Source of the DNA: Marinicella sp.
Lineage (GTDB): Bacteria > Pseudomonadota > Gammaproteobacteria > Xanthomonadales > Marinicellaceae
NCBI GenBank assembly: GCA_965230295.1
Contig: OZ246001.1
Location: forward strand, 2,720,001 to 2,784,000
Direction: 5' to 3'
DNA: 64,000 nt
Below, piece after piece: positions 1 through 8,972 of the stretch. Each line of letters begins with the position of its first letter. Position 1 is the stretch's first letter. The notes beneath the pieces were generated by a model. That model ran no database searches. It was not told the DNA's origin and saw only the letters and a program-made list of their open reading frames with translations. The translations under genes were made by a program, and so were the position numbers.

Positions 1-121
1 TGACAGTTTTGATGCCGGTGGCTTGTTGTTGATGGCCATCAGTCTGATTGTCATGTCCACATTTGCTGTGTCTTGGTTGAAAAAAACCAACCTTGTATTC
101 AAACAGGAGCAGTCATCATGA
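1..121 (+). CDS. 3' end of an upstream membrane protein (partial; probably DUF2157 family)
   Basis: Open frame from nt 2 (DSFDAGGLLLMAISLIVMSTFAVSWLKK...) ends at TGA 119-121, overlapping the next ATG (ATGA). DUF2157 is inferred from its usual position before DUF4401/GDYXXLXY genes. Confidence 0.5.
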   Translation, partial: DSFDAGGLLLMAISLIVMSTFAVSWLKKTNLVFKQEQSS

Positions 122-1746
122 GTGATTTACAGTTATGGAGTCGATTGAAATCTGCCAAGCTGGTAACTGGGGAGGTGCCAGAAGATGCATCCAATGAGGA
201 AATGAATTTTTGGTACATCCGTGCCTTACAAGGTTTTGCTGGTTGGTTGGCAGCACTGTTTTTGATCGGCTTTTTAGGCTTTGGTGTGGCGGGCTTATTC
301 GAGCAAGGTGCAGCTTTGGTTTTGTTGGGCCTGATCATCAATGGATCAACCTATGCCTATTTCAAATCAAACCCGGACAGTGATTTTTTTGAGCAGATGG
401 TGTTGGCCTTCAGTTTAACTGGACAATTTCTGTTCGCCTTTGGTGTGTTTGAATTATTCGATTTAAGAAGCAAACACTGGTTGGCGTTGTTGGCCATTTA
501 TCAATTCATATTGATGTTTGTGATGCGCAATTACTTACACCGCCTCCTAAGTGCTTGGTTTGGTGTCATTGCGCTGTTCTGGGGTTTTGATGTCCTGGTT
601 TACTCAGGTTTGGGTGCCGCCTTGGTGTCCCTGGTGTTTGTTTGGATTTGGTTGAATAAGTCTGGCTGGGAAGCTGAAAAGAACTTTTATGAACCCATAG
701 GATATGCCATGGCCTTGGCGTTGTTACAACTGCACACCCAAAATCATGTGTGGTTGTTTGGATTGTTCCGTTACCGCACGCAAGAAGTCAGTTGGTTGAT
801 GGTCAATGCTTACTGGATTTCTGCTTTGTTGAATTCAGCTGTGTTGATTTATTTTGTGTATCGCATGATTCAAGAACAGCGAATTAATCTGTCAAGTACC
901 TCAGGCAGGTTGATCATTTTGGCTGGCTTGGCACTGTTGGTAACCGCCATGCCTGTGATTGGCCTGAGCAGTGCCATGTTGGTTTTATTGGTTGGTTTTG
1001 CCAGACAAAATAAATTACTGACTGCATTGGGTGGCTTGGCCATGTTGGGGTTTGTGTTTTGGTATTATGCTTCACTCAACACAACCTTGTTGATGAAATC
1101 ATTGATCTTGATGGCTGTCGGTGTGGCGCTGTTATTAGGGTATTTTGTAGCCAAACACTTTTTAGTCAAAGAACAGCTGCCCAGCCGTGAGTATCCAAAC
1201 TCAGTAGAAGCCACGGCATTGAGTCGATGGCAGCAAATGGCCGTGGTGTTTACCTTGGTGGTCTGTTTGCTTGGAGTGAACCATGCCATCTGGCAAAAAG
1301 AACAGGTGCTGAAGGACGGACAGTCAGTCTTTTTAGAGCTTGCTCCCGTTGACCCCAGATCCATCATGCAAGGTGATTTCATGCGGTTGAGGTTTGCAGT
1401 GGGTAATCAAGTTCGCAGCAACACCAACAGCACAGGAAAAACATTTGATGAGCGTAATCATGATGGTTATTTTTATGTGAAGCTGGATGAACGGGGCGTA
1501 GGCAATTTCTTTGCTATGGCAGACAGTGGGATTGAAGAGATGAACGGCCTGGTTAAAATGCAATACCGCATGCGCAACAACAGGGTGCAGTTTGCCACCA
1601 ATGCCTTTTTCTTCCAAGAAGGTGATGCCAAATTGTTTGATGCTGCTCAGTTTGGTGAATTCAAAGTGGCTGATGACGGTGAACTTCTGTTGAAAGCCAT
1701 GTATGATAAGGACTTGAATTTACTGGGTGAGAACCGTTTGGATTGA
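118..1746 (+). CDS. DUF4401-like polytopic membrane domain fused to a GDYXXLXY domain
   Basis: About 11 hydrophobic helices followed by LELAPVDPRSIMQGDFMRLRF and NAFFFQEG motifs. Start moved to ATG 118 (AGGAG RBS, ATGA coupling). Confidence 0.75.
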   Translation: MSDLQLWSRLKSAKLVTGEVPEDASNEEMNFWYIRALQGFAGWLAALFLIGFLGFGVAGLFEQGAALVLLGLIINGSTYAYFKSNPDSDFFEQMVLAFSLTGQFLFAFGVFELFDLRSKHWLALLAIYQFILMFVMRNYLHRLLSAWFGVIALFWGFDVLVYSGLGAALVSLVFVWIWLNKSGWEAEKNFYEPIGYAMALALLQLHTQNHVWLFGLFRYRTQEVSWLMVNAYWISALLNSAVLIYFVYRMIQEQRINLSSTSGRLIILAGLALLVTAMPVIGLSSAMLVLLVGFARQNKLLTALGGLAMLGFVFWYYASLNTTLLMKSLILMAVGVALLLGYFVAKHFLVKEQLPSREYPNSVEATALSRWQQMAVVFTLVVCLLGVNHAIWQKEQVLKDGQSVFLELAPVDPRSIMQGDFMRLRFAVGNQVRSNTNSTGKTFDERNHDGYFYVKLDERGVGNFFAMADSGIEEMNGLVKMQYRMRNNRVQFATNAFFFQEGDAKLFDAAQFGEFKVADDGELLLKAMYDKDLNLLGENRLD

Positions 1747-1785
1747 TTTGTAGTGGTTCCAATGTCGGTGTCAACAGATTTTTTC

Positions 1786-2436
1786 TGAGCCATCTGCAGG
1801 CTTTGATGAACCTGTCACAAACCAGCACTGTGGCATGAAGGAATGTTCTTGGGGCTTCATTCTGGTTTATGGTCTGACAGGTCTTCATATTTGCTGCGCA
1901 AATAAACCGACCTTTACAGACTATTGTCTGAGCAGTTGCTTCGCACTGCATGTCTGTTCCAGACAAAAGTGAAAACGACTGCTTACATGGATGTAAGTAT
2001 GCAGCGATAGCAGGCAGGAATTGTTCCCAACAATTCTCTGCCTTCACCCCGTCCTGGGGATCGATGCGGTAGCTGCCGAGGCGAACATGACTTGCTACCT
2101 CGCACGCACTACGGCATTCAAATCGGGCTTCTTTATCTTCGATAAAACCGCCCAACTTTCATTGCCTGTGCTATAACGCCATTCACATAAGGTTTCTTGA
2201 CTTCGTCAAATCACCATATGTTCATTGGCTATTCTCTTCGCCTCTGATTGGCCTACATGGATGTAGGTCTGAGCGATAGCGGCCGCAACATCAATAGCTC
2301 ACGGCTTATCGCTCATTGCATAAAGGTTCCTTTGCTTCGCAAAACCACCTTTATTCCACTCACTGCCTAACCGGCTCGGCGGGTTAAGCTGCTCAGCAGC
2401 TTTCCGTGGTATGTGATATTATTCTTGGCTGGCTCA
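1786..2436. repeat. Highly structured palindromic intergenic element (MITE-like or ncRNA-like)
   Basis: Imperfect terminal inverted repeats, at least 9 hairpins and internally repeated motifs (see findings). Confidence 0.6.
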
Positions 2437-2508
2437 AATACATACTCAATGGATGCTTTTTTCTGGAATCAGAAACGCGCCTAATCTAACATAATTACTG
2501 TCATAAAA

Positions 2509-4632
2509 ATGGATTCCGAACATTCAAAAAAACAGTTGTTGTTTAAAATTGCTCTGGCTTTGCTGGCCATTGTGATTACGCTGTGCATCTATGTTCCTGG
2601 GTTAATCTACTTTACCCAAAGAGAATACTTTACGAACTATTATTTGGAGCTGATTGCAGCTCCATTGTTGTATATGAGTGGCGCAGCCTTGTTGGTGTGG
2701 GTATTCTTGTCTTTGTTGCCACGAACTGGATTGAAGTACATGTCTTCAGTGTTGCTTGTGTTGGCCTTACTTATTTGGCTGCAAGCTGATATTTTTGCAG
2801 TCAGTTATGGTGCGTTGGATGGATCAGGAATTGAGTTTGAACCGTTTGACCAAAGGGGGTTGTGGGAACTGATTATCGTCCTGGTTTCGGTGGTTTTGGC
2901 ATGGGTGTTTAATCAATTCATTAACAAGCACTTCTCGTTAATAATAGGGTTAATTTTATTGGGCCAATGTTTACTCACTGGTTTTAATGTGATTAACGAG
3001 CCTGCAGATAAGCCAGAGATTAAGGCGTTGGATAAAGAGTTTTTTAATTACTCTTCAAAGAAAAATGTCATTGTCATTATTTTGGATACATTTGGTGGAG
3101 ATGTCTTTGAAAGCATAATTGAGAAATACCCGGAATTTAAAAAGGGCTACCAGGGTTTTGTCAGTTATACAGACGCGATCAGCAATTATCCAGCCACCAA
3201 AGGAAGCCTGCCTTCATTACTCACTGGCCAGATGATCCCGAAAGATTATGAACTGTTGGATTTTATTGATGAAGTGGTGAGTGAACGCGGTCTACCGGCG
3301 CATTTTGAGGAACAGGGTTATGAAGTCAGTGTGGTATCGGTTTTTTCCTGGTTCAGAAACTTTTACGCCAAGCGTTTTATGTTTGAGCCACCGTTCCTCC
3401 CGGAAGAGTTAAAAGCATACAACGCAGCCATGCTTTTTGATTATTCATTGTTCAGGGTGGTGCCGCACTACCTTAAAGAGCTGGTATATGATCAAGGTCA
3501 TTGGCTGGCTTCAGGACGGGTAGCCACTCACACGGAAATTCCGAATACCGAGGCAGAGCGGGCAAACTTGTTTTTAGAGTTGATGACTGATGATGCGGTT
3601 GTGACTGATGAAGTACCGCGATTTAAATTGATTCATGTCACCACGCCACACCCGAAATTTGTCTATGACCAGGATTGCCGCAAAGGTACTTTGGCTAAAA
3701 AAGCCTCAACTCGACACTATATGGAGCAACAATCAGTCTGTGCGCTCAGAAAATTAGATGCGTTGTTTGAAAAGTACAAGGCGCTTGGGGTTTACGACGA
3801 TGCCCTGATAGTGGTTGCGTCTGACCATGGTGACAGGAATTTTGATGAGATGTCTTTGACAGGATTCCCGTCCTATTTTGAAATGAACAGTTCAGGCATA
3901 TTGTTCATGATAAAAGGCATCGGCCAAAAGGGTGACTTTAAGGAGGTGGCCCAACCATTTTCTTTGTTGAAATTATTTGCTGCGCTGACAGATGCTTCAT
4001 TGCATCACTCCGGATACGATTTCTTGGAAGATTTGGATCGACCATTTTATGCGTTCAGAAACACCTTCATTGGAACCGAGGGCATGCTGCAAGATGCCCC
4101 TCTTTATCATGTCACCGCAGATTATAAGAACCCAGGCAGTTGGCATTTTAAAGAATATGCCATCAACCAATGTAAAGCGCAGAAATTTCCGGTCAACATG
4201 GTGTTTATCACAACTGCCAGAGAGCAGTACTGTGGGATCTTCGGTTTTGTGCCGGATTATGTGACAGACCAGGTATGGACTGAGAGTTTAGATAGCAGGG
4301 TTGTGTTCAATTTAGAATCCGCTGAAATTACAAATGACAATACATACAAAGTTGAGATGACTTTTGAACCGGGGTTTCCTGAGCAACCGAAAGAAATTGA
4401 AATGACCGTGCTGTTCAATACCAAAGAGTTGGGTAATATTCTGATTTCTGATCCAGAATTGCAAGTTCACACCTTTGACATCCCGGTAGAATTTTTTACA
4501 TCATCCGGCATTCAGGAACTGCAGTTGCTCATGCCAGATCTTAAGTCTGAGCACCAACTTGGGGTCGGCACAATGACAAGAAAGCTTGGGGTTCTGATGA
4601 AGTCAATAAAGTTGACAGCCGATCCAATTTAA
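2509..4632 (+). CDS. Membrane-anchored sulfatase/alkaline-phosphatase-superfamily transferase (LTA-synthase-like)
   Basis: Five N-terminal TM helices, then NVIVIILDTF, SNYPAT (Thr nucleophile), HVTTPH and VASDHG metal-binding motifs. Confidence 0.75.
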   Translation: MDSEHSKKQLLFKIALALLAIVITLCIYVPGLIYFTQREYFTNYYLELIAAPLLYMSGAALLVWVFLSLLPRTGLKYMSSVLLVLALLIWLQADIFAVSYGALDGSGIEFEPFDQRGLWELIIVLVSVVLAWVFNQFINKHFSLIIGLILLGQCLLTGFNVINEPADKPEIKALDKEFFNYSSKKNVIVIILDTFGGDVFESIIEKYPEFKKGYQGFVSYTDAISNYPATKGSLPSLLTGQMIPKDYELLDFIDEVVSERGLPAHFEEQGYEVSVVSVFSWFRNFYAKRFMFEPPFLPEELKAYNAAMLFDYSLFRVVPHYLKELVYDQGHWLASGRVATHTEIPNTEAERANLFLELMTDDAVVTDEVPRFKLIHVTTPHPKFVYDQDCRKGTLAKKASTRHYMEQQSVCALRKLDALFEKYKALGVYDDALIVVASDHGDRNFDEMSLTGFPSYFEMNSSGILFMIKGIGQKGDFKEVAQPFSLLKLFAALTDASLHHSGYDFLEDLDRPFYAFRNTFIGTEGMLQDAPLYHVTADYKNPGSWHFKEYAINQCKAQKFPVNMVFITTAREQYCGIFGFVPDYVTDQVWTESLDSRVVFNLESAEITNDNTYKVEMTFEPGFPEQPKEIEMTVLFNTKELGNILISDPELQVHTFDIPVEFFTSSGIQELQLLMPDLKSEHQLGVGTMTRKLGVLMKSIKLTADPI

Positions 4633-4666
4633 CAAAATGGGTAGGTGATGGCCAATTATGGCTTGG

Positions 4667-5479
4667 TTAAAAAGCTTTAACCTGTTCACATAAAGATTCA
4701 ATGGCCAACAATAACCGCAGCGTTGGACGGGTGAAATGGTCGGCTTCCAGCACGGCGATTTGTTGGTTTTTTATGGCTGGAATTTCTTGCCATGAAGCCA
4801 AGGGTTTGTCATCAGTCATGGGTTCAAGTCTGACCAAAACTTCTGGCTTGAGTAGCACCACAGATTCCAGGGTCACGGCTGCGGACAAAGTTTCAAGGTC
4901 ATCGAATATGTTATTCAAACCACATACTTTAATGGCGTCAGTCATCCAATGCTGGCCATTTACGGTGAAAATTGGTTGATCAGATATTTGAATCAATGCA
5001 GGCTGTGTTTTGAATGGTTGTTTCATTAAATGATTCAAATCAACCAAAAATTCATCGGTGGCTTTTACCGGTTGGCTGCCAATGGTCTCAGCTATGAAGT
5101 GAATGGATTTGGGGATGTCTGTCAGTTGGTTGATTTCAATGGCAACCAAATTTAAATTCATGGACTGTAGTTTTTCGACGGTTTGTTTCGGGGTGCCACC
5201 TGCCCAATAAAAAATGACTTCAGGTTGAAGTTGGGTAATGAGTTCCAGGTTTAAATGGAAAGCGTCGCCGATGACTTGTTTGTTCAGTGCATCTTCTGGG
5301 TAGTTGCTGTAGGCACTGACACCCAATAAAGATTCGTTGGCACCGGCGGAATAGACCAGTTCAGTGAGGTGGGGTGCCAAGGTGATGCTGGTTTTCAGTT
5401 TGGTTTCAGTGCTGCTTGAATTTGCAACAGAATAAACAGTCCATAACAGGCATGTTGTCAACCAAGTAAGTTTACTCAT
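4667..5479 (-). CDS. btuF: Cobalamin-binding periplasmic protein (BtuF-like)
   Basis: Signal peptide; ITLAPHLTELVYSAG, GVSAYSNYP and FTRPTLRLL motifs. Confidence 0.8.
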   Translation of the reverse strand: MSKLTWLTTCLLWTVYSVANSSSTETKLKTSITLAPHLTELVYSAGANESLLGVSAYSNYPEDALNKQVIGDAFHLNLELITQLQPEVIFYWAGGTPKQTVEKLQSMNLNLVAIEINQLTDIPKSIHFIAETIGSQPVKATDEFLVDLNHLMKQPFKTQPALIQISDQPIFTVNGQHWMTDAIKVCGLNNIFDDLETLSAAVTLESVVLLKPEVLVRLEPMTDDKPLASWQEIPAIKNQQIAVLEADHFTRPTLRLLLAIESLCEQVKAF

Positions 5480-5602
5480 TGAATGATCCGATTAAGCTAA
5501 ATTGAGACATTGTATACGTGTTGTCAGTTGCAGCCAAATGCATTTTTTAGAGTGTGAAAAACAGGTGTTCAAAACAACTTCATGTTTATTGAAAAAAATA
5601 GA

Positions 5603-5730
5603 TTGTTTTTTACAGATAAATGCCTATAATTCGCTGCTTGCTCGGAGACTCGAGAGTCAGTTTAAAAAGTCAGTGAAATTACTGTTATTTTATATTGACT
5701 TTCTAGGCGTATTCTACGAAAATGCCGTGC
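5603..5730 (+). promoter_or_regulatory. Tandem sigma70 promoters of the tRNA-tuf operon
   Basis: TATAAT at 5625-5630; TTGACT (5695)-17 bp-GAAAAT (5718) followed by a GC-rich discriminator just before tRNA-Tyr. Confidence 0.5.
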
Positions 5731-5740
5731 TTTGCTCGTT

Positions 5741-5825
5741 GGAGGGATACCCAAGCGGCCAACGGGGGCAGACTGTAAATCTGCTGTTTTTAACTTCGGA
5801 GGTTCGAATCCTCCTCCCTCCACCA
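5741..5825 (+). tRNA. tRNA-Tyr(GTA)
   Basis: GGAGGGA/TCCCTCC acceptor stem, CTGTAAA anticodon loop, long variable arm, GTTCGAATC T loop, CCA end. Confidence 0.97.
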
Positions 5826-5865
5826 TTTATTTGACCTGGATAAGTAGTTTTCAGGTTGGGGTTGA

Positions 5866-5939
5866 GCGGGTGTAGTTCAATGGTAGAACGTCAGCCTTCC
5901 AAGCTGAACACGTGGGTTCGATTCCCATCACCCGCTCCA
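5866..5939 (+). tRNA. tRNA-Gly(TCC)
   Basis: GCGGGTG/CACCCGC stem, TTCCAA anticodon loop, GTTCGATTC, CCA end. Confidence 0.97.
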
Positions 5940-5946
5940 TTGTTTT

Positions 5947-6022
5947 GCCCATATAGCTCAGTCGGTAGAGCACTTTCTTGGTAGGGAAGAGGTCACTGGT
6001 TCGACTCCAGTTATGGGCACCA
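5947..6022 (+). tRNA. tRNA-Thr(GGT)
   Basis: GCCCATA/TATGGGC stem, TTGGTAG anticodon loop, GTTCGACTC, CCA end. Confidence 0.95.
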
Positions 6023-6192
6023 CTACTGTAGAGCGCAGCGATCCGCCTAATTGGTTGGTGAGAGAAGCGAATCAGAGGTTCGGCGCTGTATGGAGGAGTT
6101 CTTGTGCAGCCGATTTTCATTTGAAAAAATGAAAGAAGGAAAGCAAGACACTTTAATAATATTAACTACTTAGCTTTTTGGAGTAGCAACAC

Positions 6193-7383
6193 ATGTCAAA
6201 AGAAAAATTTGAACGCACGAAGCCCCATGTAAACGTGGGCACAATTGGTCACGTTGACCATGGTAAAACTACCTTGACTGCAGCGATCACTAAAGTTGCT
6301 GCTGAGAAGCAAGGTGGAGAATTTAAAGATTACGATCAAATCGATAACGCGCCAGAAGAAAGAGAGCGTGGTATCACGATTTCTACGGCTCACGTAGAGT
6401 ATGAAACAGATGGTCGTCACTATGCGCACGTTGACTGTCCAGGTCACGCGGACTATGTGAAGAACATGATTACCGGTGCGGCTCAAATGGACGGCGCTAT
6501 TTTGGTTGTGTCAGCAGCTGATGGTCCTATGCCACAAACCCGTGAGCACATCTTGTTGGCTCGTCAGGTTGGCGTACCTTACATTGTAGTGTTCTTGAAC
6601 AAATGTGATCAGGTTGACGACGAAGAGTTGTTGGAATTGGTTGAGATGGAAGTTCGTGAGTTGTTGAATGACTACGAGTTCCCTGGTGATGACACGCCAT
6701 TGGTTATGGGTTCAGCGTTGAAAGCGTTGGAAGGTGATTCATCAGACATCGGTGTACCAGCGGTTGCAAAATTGTTGGACGAGATGGATGCTTACTTCCC
6801 GACTCCAGAGCGTGAGACTGATAAGCCCTTCTTGATGCCTATTGAAGACATCTTCTCAATTTCAGGTCGTGGTACTGTGGTAACTGGCCGTATTGAGACT
6901 GGTGTAGTTAATGTGGGTGAAGAGATTGAGATTGTTGGTATTCGTGACACATCGACCACCACTTGTACGGGTGTAGAGATGTTCCGCAAGTTGTTAGACA
7001 CAGGTGAAGCTGGTGATAACGTAGGTATTTTGTTGCGTGGTACTAAAAGAGATGAAGTTGAGCGTGGACAAGTACTGGCAAAACCGGGTACAATCACGCC
7101 CCACACAAAATTTGAAGCTGAAGTTTATGTGTTGAGTAAAGATGAAGGTGGTCGTCACACACCATTCTTCAAAGGTTACCGTCCACAGTTTTACTTCAGA
7201 ACAACTGACGTGACTGGCGCATGTGAGTTGCCTGATGGTGTAGAAATGGTTATGCCTGGTGACAACGTCAAGATGAAGGTTGAATTGATTGCACCGATTG
7301 CGATGGACGAAGGTTTGCGCTTTGCGATTCGTGAAGGTGGCCGTACAGTAGGTGCGGGTGTAGTAGCAAAAATTATCGAGTGA
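6193..7383 (+). CDS. tuf: Elongation factor Tu (tRNA-linked copy, tufB)
   Basis: [27 protein letters not shown]...[10 protein letters not shown], intact 396 aa. Confidence 0.99.
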   Translation: MSKEKFERTKPHVNVGTIGHVDHGKTTLTAAITKVAAEKQGGEFKDYDQIDNAPEERERGITISTAHVEYETDGRHYAHVDCPGHADYVKNMITGAAQMDGAILVVSAADGPMPQTREHILLARQVGVPYIVVFLNKCDQVDDEELLELVEMEVRELLNDYEFPGDDTPLVMGSALKALEGDSSDIGVPAVAKLLDEMDAYFPTPERETDKPFLMPIEDIFSISGRGTVVTGRIETGVVNVGEEIEIVGIRDTSTTTCTGVEMFRKLLDTGEAGDNVGILLRGTKRDEVERGQVLAKPGTITPHTKFEAEVYVLSKDEGGRHTPFFKGYRPQFYFRTTDVTGACELPDGVEMVMPGDNVKMKVELIAPIAMDEGLRFAIREGGRTVGAGVVAKIIE

Positions 7384-7399
7384 TAATTTAACTCGTGAC

Positions 7400-7431
7400 G
7401 CAAAAGCCAACAGTTTACTGTTGGCTTTTGC
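7400..7431 (+). terminator. Hairpin after tuf (terminator or processing stem)
   Basis: GCAAAAGCCAACAGT-TT-ACTGTTGGCTTTTGC perfect inverted repeat. Confidence 0.6.
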
Positions 7432-7447
7432 TGTCTTTACGATTTTT

Positions 7448-7523
<76 letters not shown>

Positions 7524-7561
7524 TTGTTTTTTGAAGCGGTGGCCAATTTGGATTACAAGTT

Positions 7562-7930
7562 ATGAGTAGTGTTGAGTCAGCACCAGGTGCTGGTGATAAA
7601 TTAAGATGGTGGTTGGCCGTGGCAATTATTGTCGGCGGTGTGGCTGCGAATCTCTATTTTGTTGATACATACCCAACCATCATCAGGGTGTTGATGGTTC
7701 TTGGTGGTGTTTTGGTTGGTGGCTTTGTCGGTTACACAACCCAAAGAGGCAAGGATTTTGCCAAATTTGTAAAAAATGCCAACATTGAAAGGCAAAAGAT
7801 TGTTTGGCCAACTAAAAATGAAACAGTTCAAACCACCATTATGGTGCTGGTGCTGGTGATCATCATCGGTTTGTTTTTGTTTTTGGTCGATTCACTTTTC
7901 AGTAACCTCATTGAATATTTCTTTGAGTAA
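7562..7930 (+). CDS. secE: Preprotein translocase subunit SecE
   Basis: Three TM helices, ERQKIVWPTKNET motif, upstream of nusG. Confidence 0.95.
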   Translation: MSSVESAPGAGDKLRWWLAVAIIVGGVAANLYFVDTYPTIIRVLMVLGGVLVGGFVGYTTQRGKDFAKFVKNANIERQKIVWPTKNETVQTTIMVLVLVIIIGLFLFLVDSLFSNLIEYFFE

Positions 7931-7951
7931 GACGGTCAGGAGTTAGAGTTC

Positions 7952-8485
7952 ATGTCGCACAGATGGTATGTGGTCCACGCTTATTCAGGCTTCGAGCAAC
8001 AAGTTTGTAAGTCTTTAGAAGAGCGCATTGAAAGATACCAAATGCAAGATCTTTTTGGCGAAGTTTTGGTGCCAAAAGAAACTGTGGTGGAGATGAAGAA
8101 AGGCCAAAAACGCAGGAGTGAACGTAAATTCTTTCCTGGTTATGTTTTGGTTCAAATGGAAATGAACGATGAAACATGGCACTTGGTTAAAAGCGTGCCA
8201 AAAGTTTTGGGATTCATTGGTGGCACAGCTGAACGGCCTGCGCCGATCACCGAGCGTGAAGCCAATGCCATATTGCAACGGATTGAAGACGGTGAGAATA
8301 AGCCGCAACCAAAAACATTGTTCGATGTGGGCGAAGTGGTTCGCGTCATCGACGGCCCCTTTGCCGATTTTAATGGCGAAGTGGAAGAAGTCAATTATGA
8401 AAAAAGCCGCATGCGTGTGGCAGTTTCTATATTTGGAAGGTCAACCCCAGTCGAATTAGAATTCGGCCAGGTTGAGAAAGTTTAA
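7952..8485 (+). CDS. nusG: Transcription termination/antitermination factor NusG
   Basis: [20 protein letters not shown] and KOW motif DGPFADFNG. Confidence 0.99.
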   Translation: MSHRWYVVHAYSGFEQQVCKSLEERIERYQMQDLFGEVLVPKETVVEMKKGQKRRSERKFFPGYVLVQMEMNDETWHLVKSVPKVLGFIGGTAERPAPITEREANAILQRIEDGENKPQPKTLFDVGEVVRVIDGPFADFNGEVEEVNYEKSRMRVAVSIFGRSTPVELEFGQVEKV

Positions 8486-8498
8486 ACATTATAACAAT

Positions 8499-8527
8499 GG
8501 GGAGCCTTGATTAAGGCGTTTGTACCC
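8499..8527 (+). promoter_or_regulatory. L1-binding autoregulatory leader of rplK
   Basis: GGGGAGCCTT..AAGGCG..ACCC stem-loop immediately before the rplK RBS. Confidence 0.6.
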
Positions 8528-8537
8528 GGAGAGAACA

Positions 8538-8972
8538 ATGGCTAAAAAAGTACAGTCGTACATTAAATTGCAAGTGCCTGCTGGTCAGGCCAATCCTTCA
8601 CCACCGGTGGGTCCTGCTTTGGGTCAACACGGGGTGAACATCATGGAATTTTGTAAAGCGTTCAACGCCCAAACTGGTGATGTTGAGAACGGATTACCTA
8701 TTCCAGTGGTCATCACTGTATACAATGACAGAAGTTTTACATTCATCACCAAGACACCACCAGCTGCTGTGTTGTTGTTGAAAGCTGCTGGCATTCCAAA
8801 AGGCAGTGGTACTCCTAACACAGATAAGGTGGCCAAAATCGGCCGTGATCAATTGGAAGAAATTGCCAAGATGAAAGAGCCTGATCTGACGGCTGCTGAT
8901 ATGGATGCAGCTGTAAGAACCATTGCTGGTACTGCTCGCAGTATGGGTATTGAAACTGAAGGAGTGAAATAA
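8538..8972 (+). CDS. rplK: 50S ribosomal protein L11
   Basis: [24 protein letters not shown]; start at MAKK. Confidence 0.99.
   Translation: MAKKVQSYIKLQVPAGQANPSPPVGPALGQHGVNIMEFCKAFNAQTGDVENGLPIPVVITVYNDRSFTFITKTPPAAVLLLKAAGIPKGSGTPNTDKVAKIGRDQLEEIAKMKEPDLTAADMDAAVRTIAGTARSMGIETEGVK

Noticed and set aside
1661-2155. 164-aa minus-strand ORF
   Set aside because: It overlaps the end of a real gene, runs through the palindromic element, and has no RBS or recognisable motif; probably a by-product of the repeat.
1869-2354. Possible CRISPR array or group II intron
   Set aside because: Repeats are not identical or evenly spaced, there are no cas genes, and no domain V catalytic triad or intron-encoded RT is visible.
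5502-6120. ORFs 5502-5834 (+) and 5851-6120 (-)
   Set aside because: They overlap the promoter and tRNA genes; spurious.
6023-6192. Hairpins between tRNA-Thr and tuf as a separate ncRNA
   Set aside because: Weak GU-rich stems only; consistent with an ordinary tRNA-tuf spacer.
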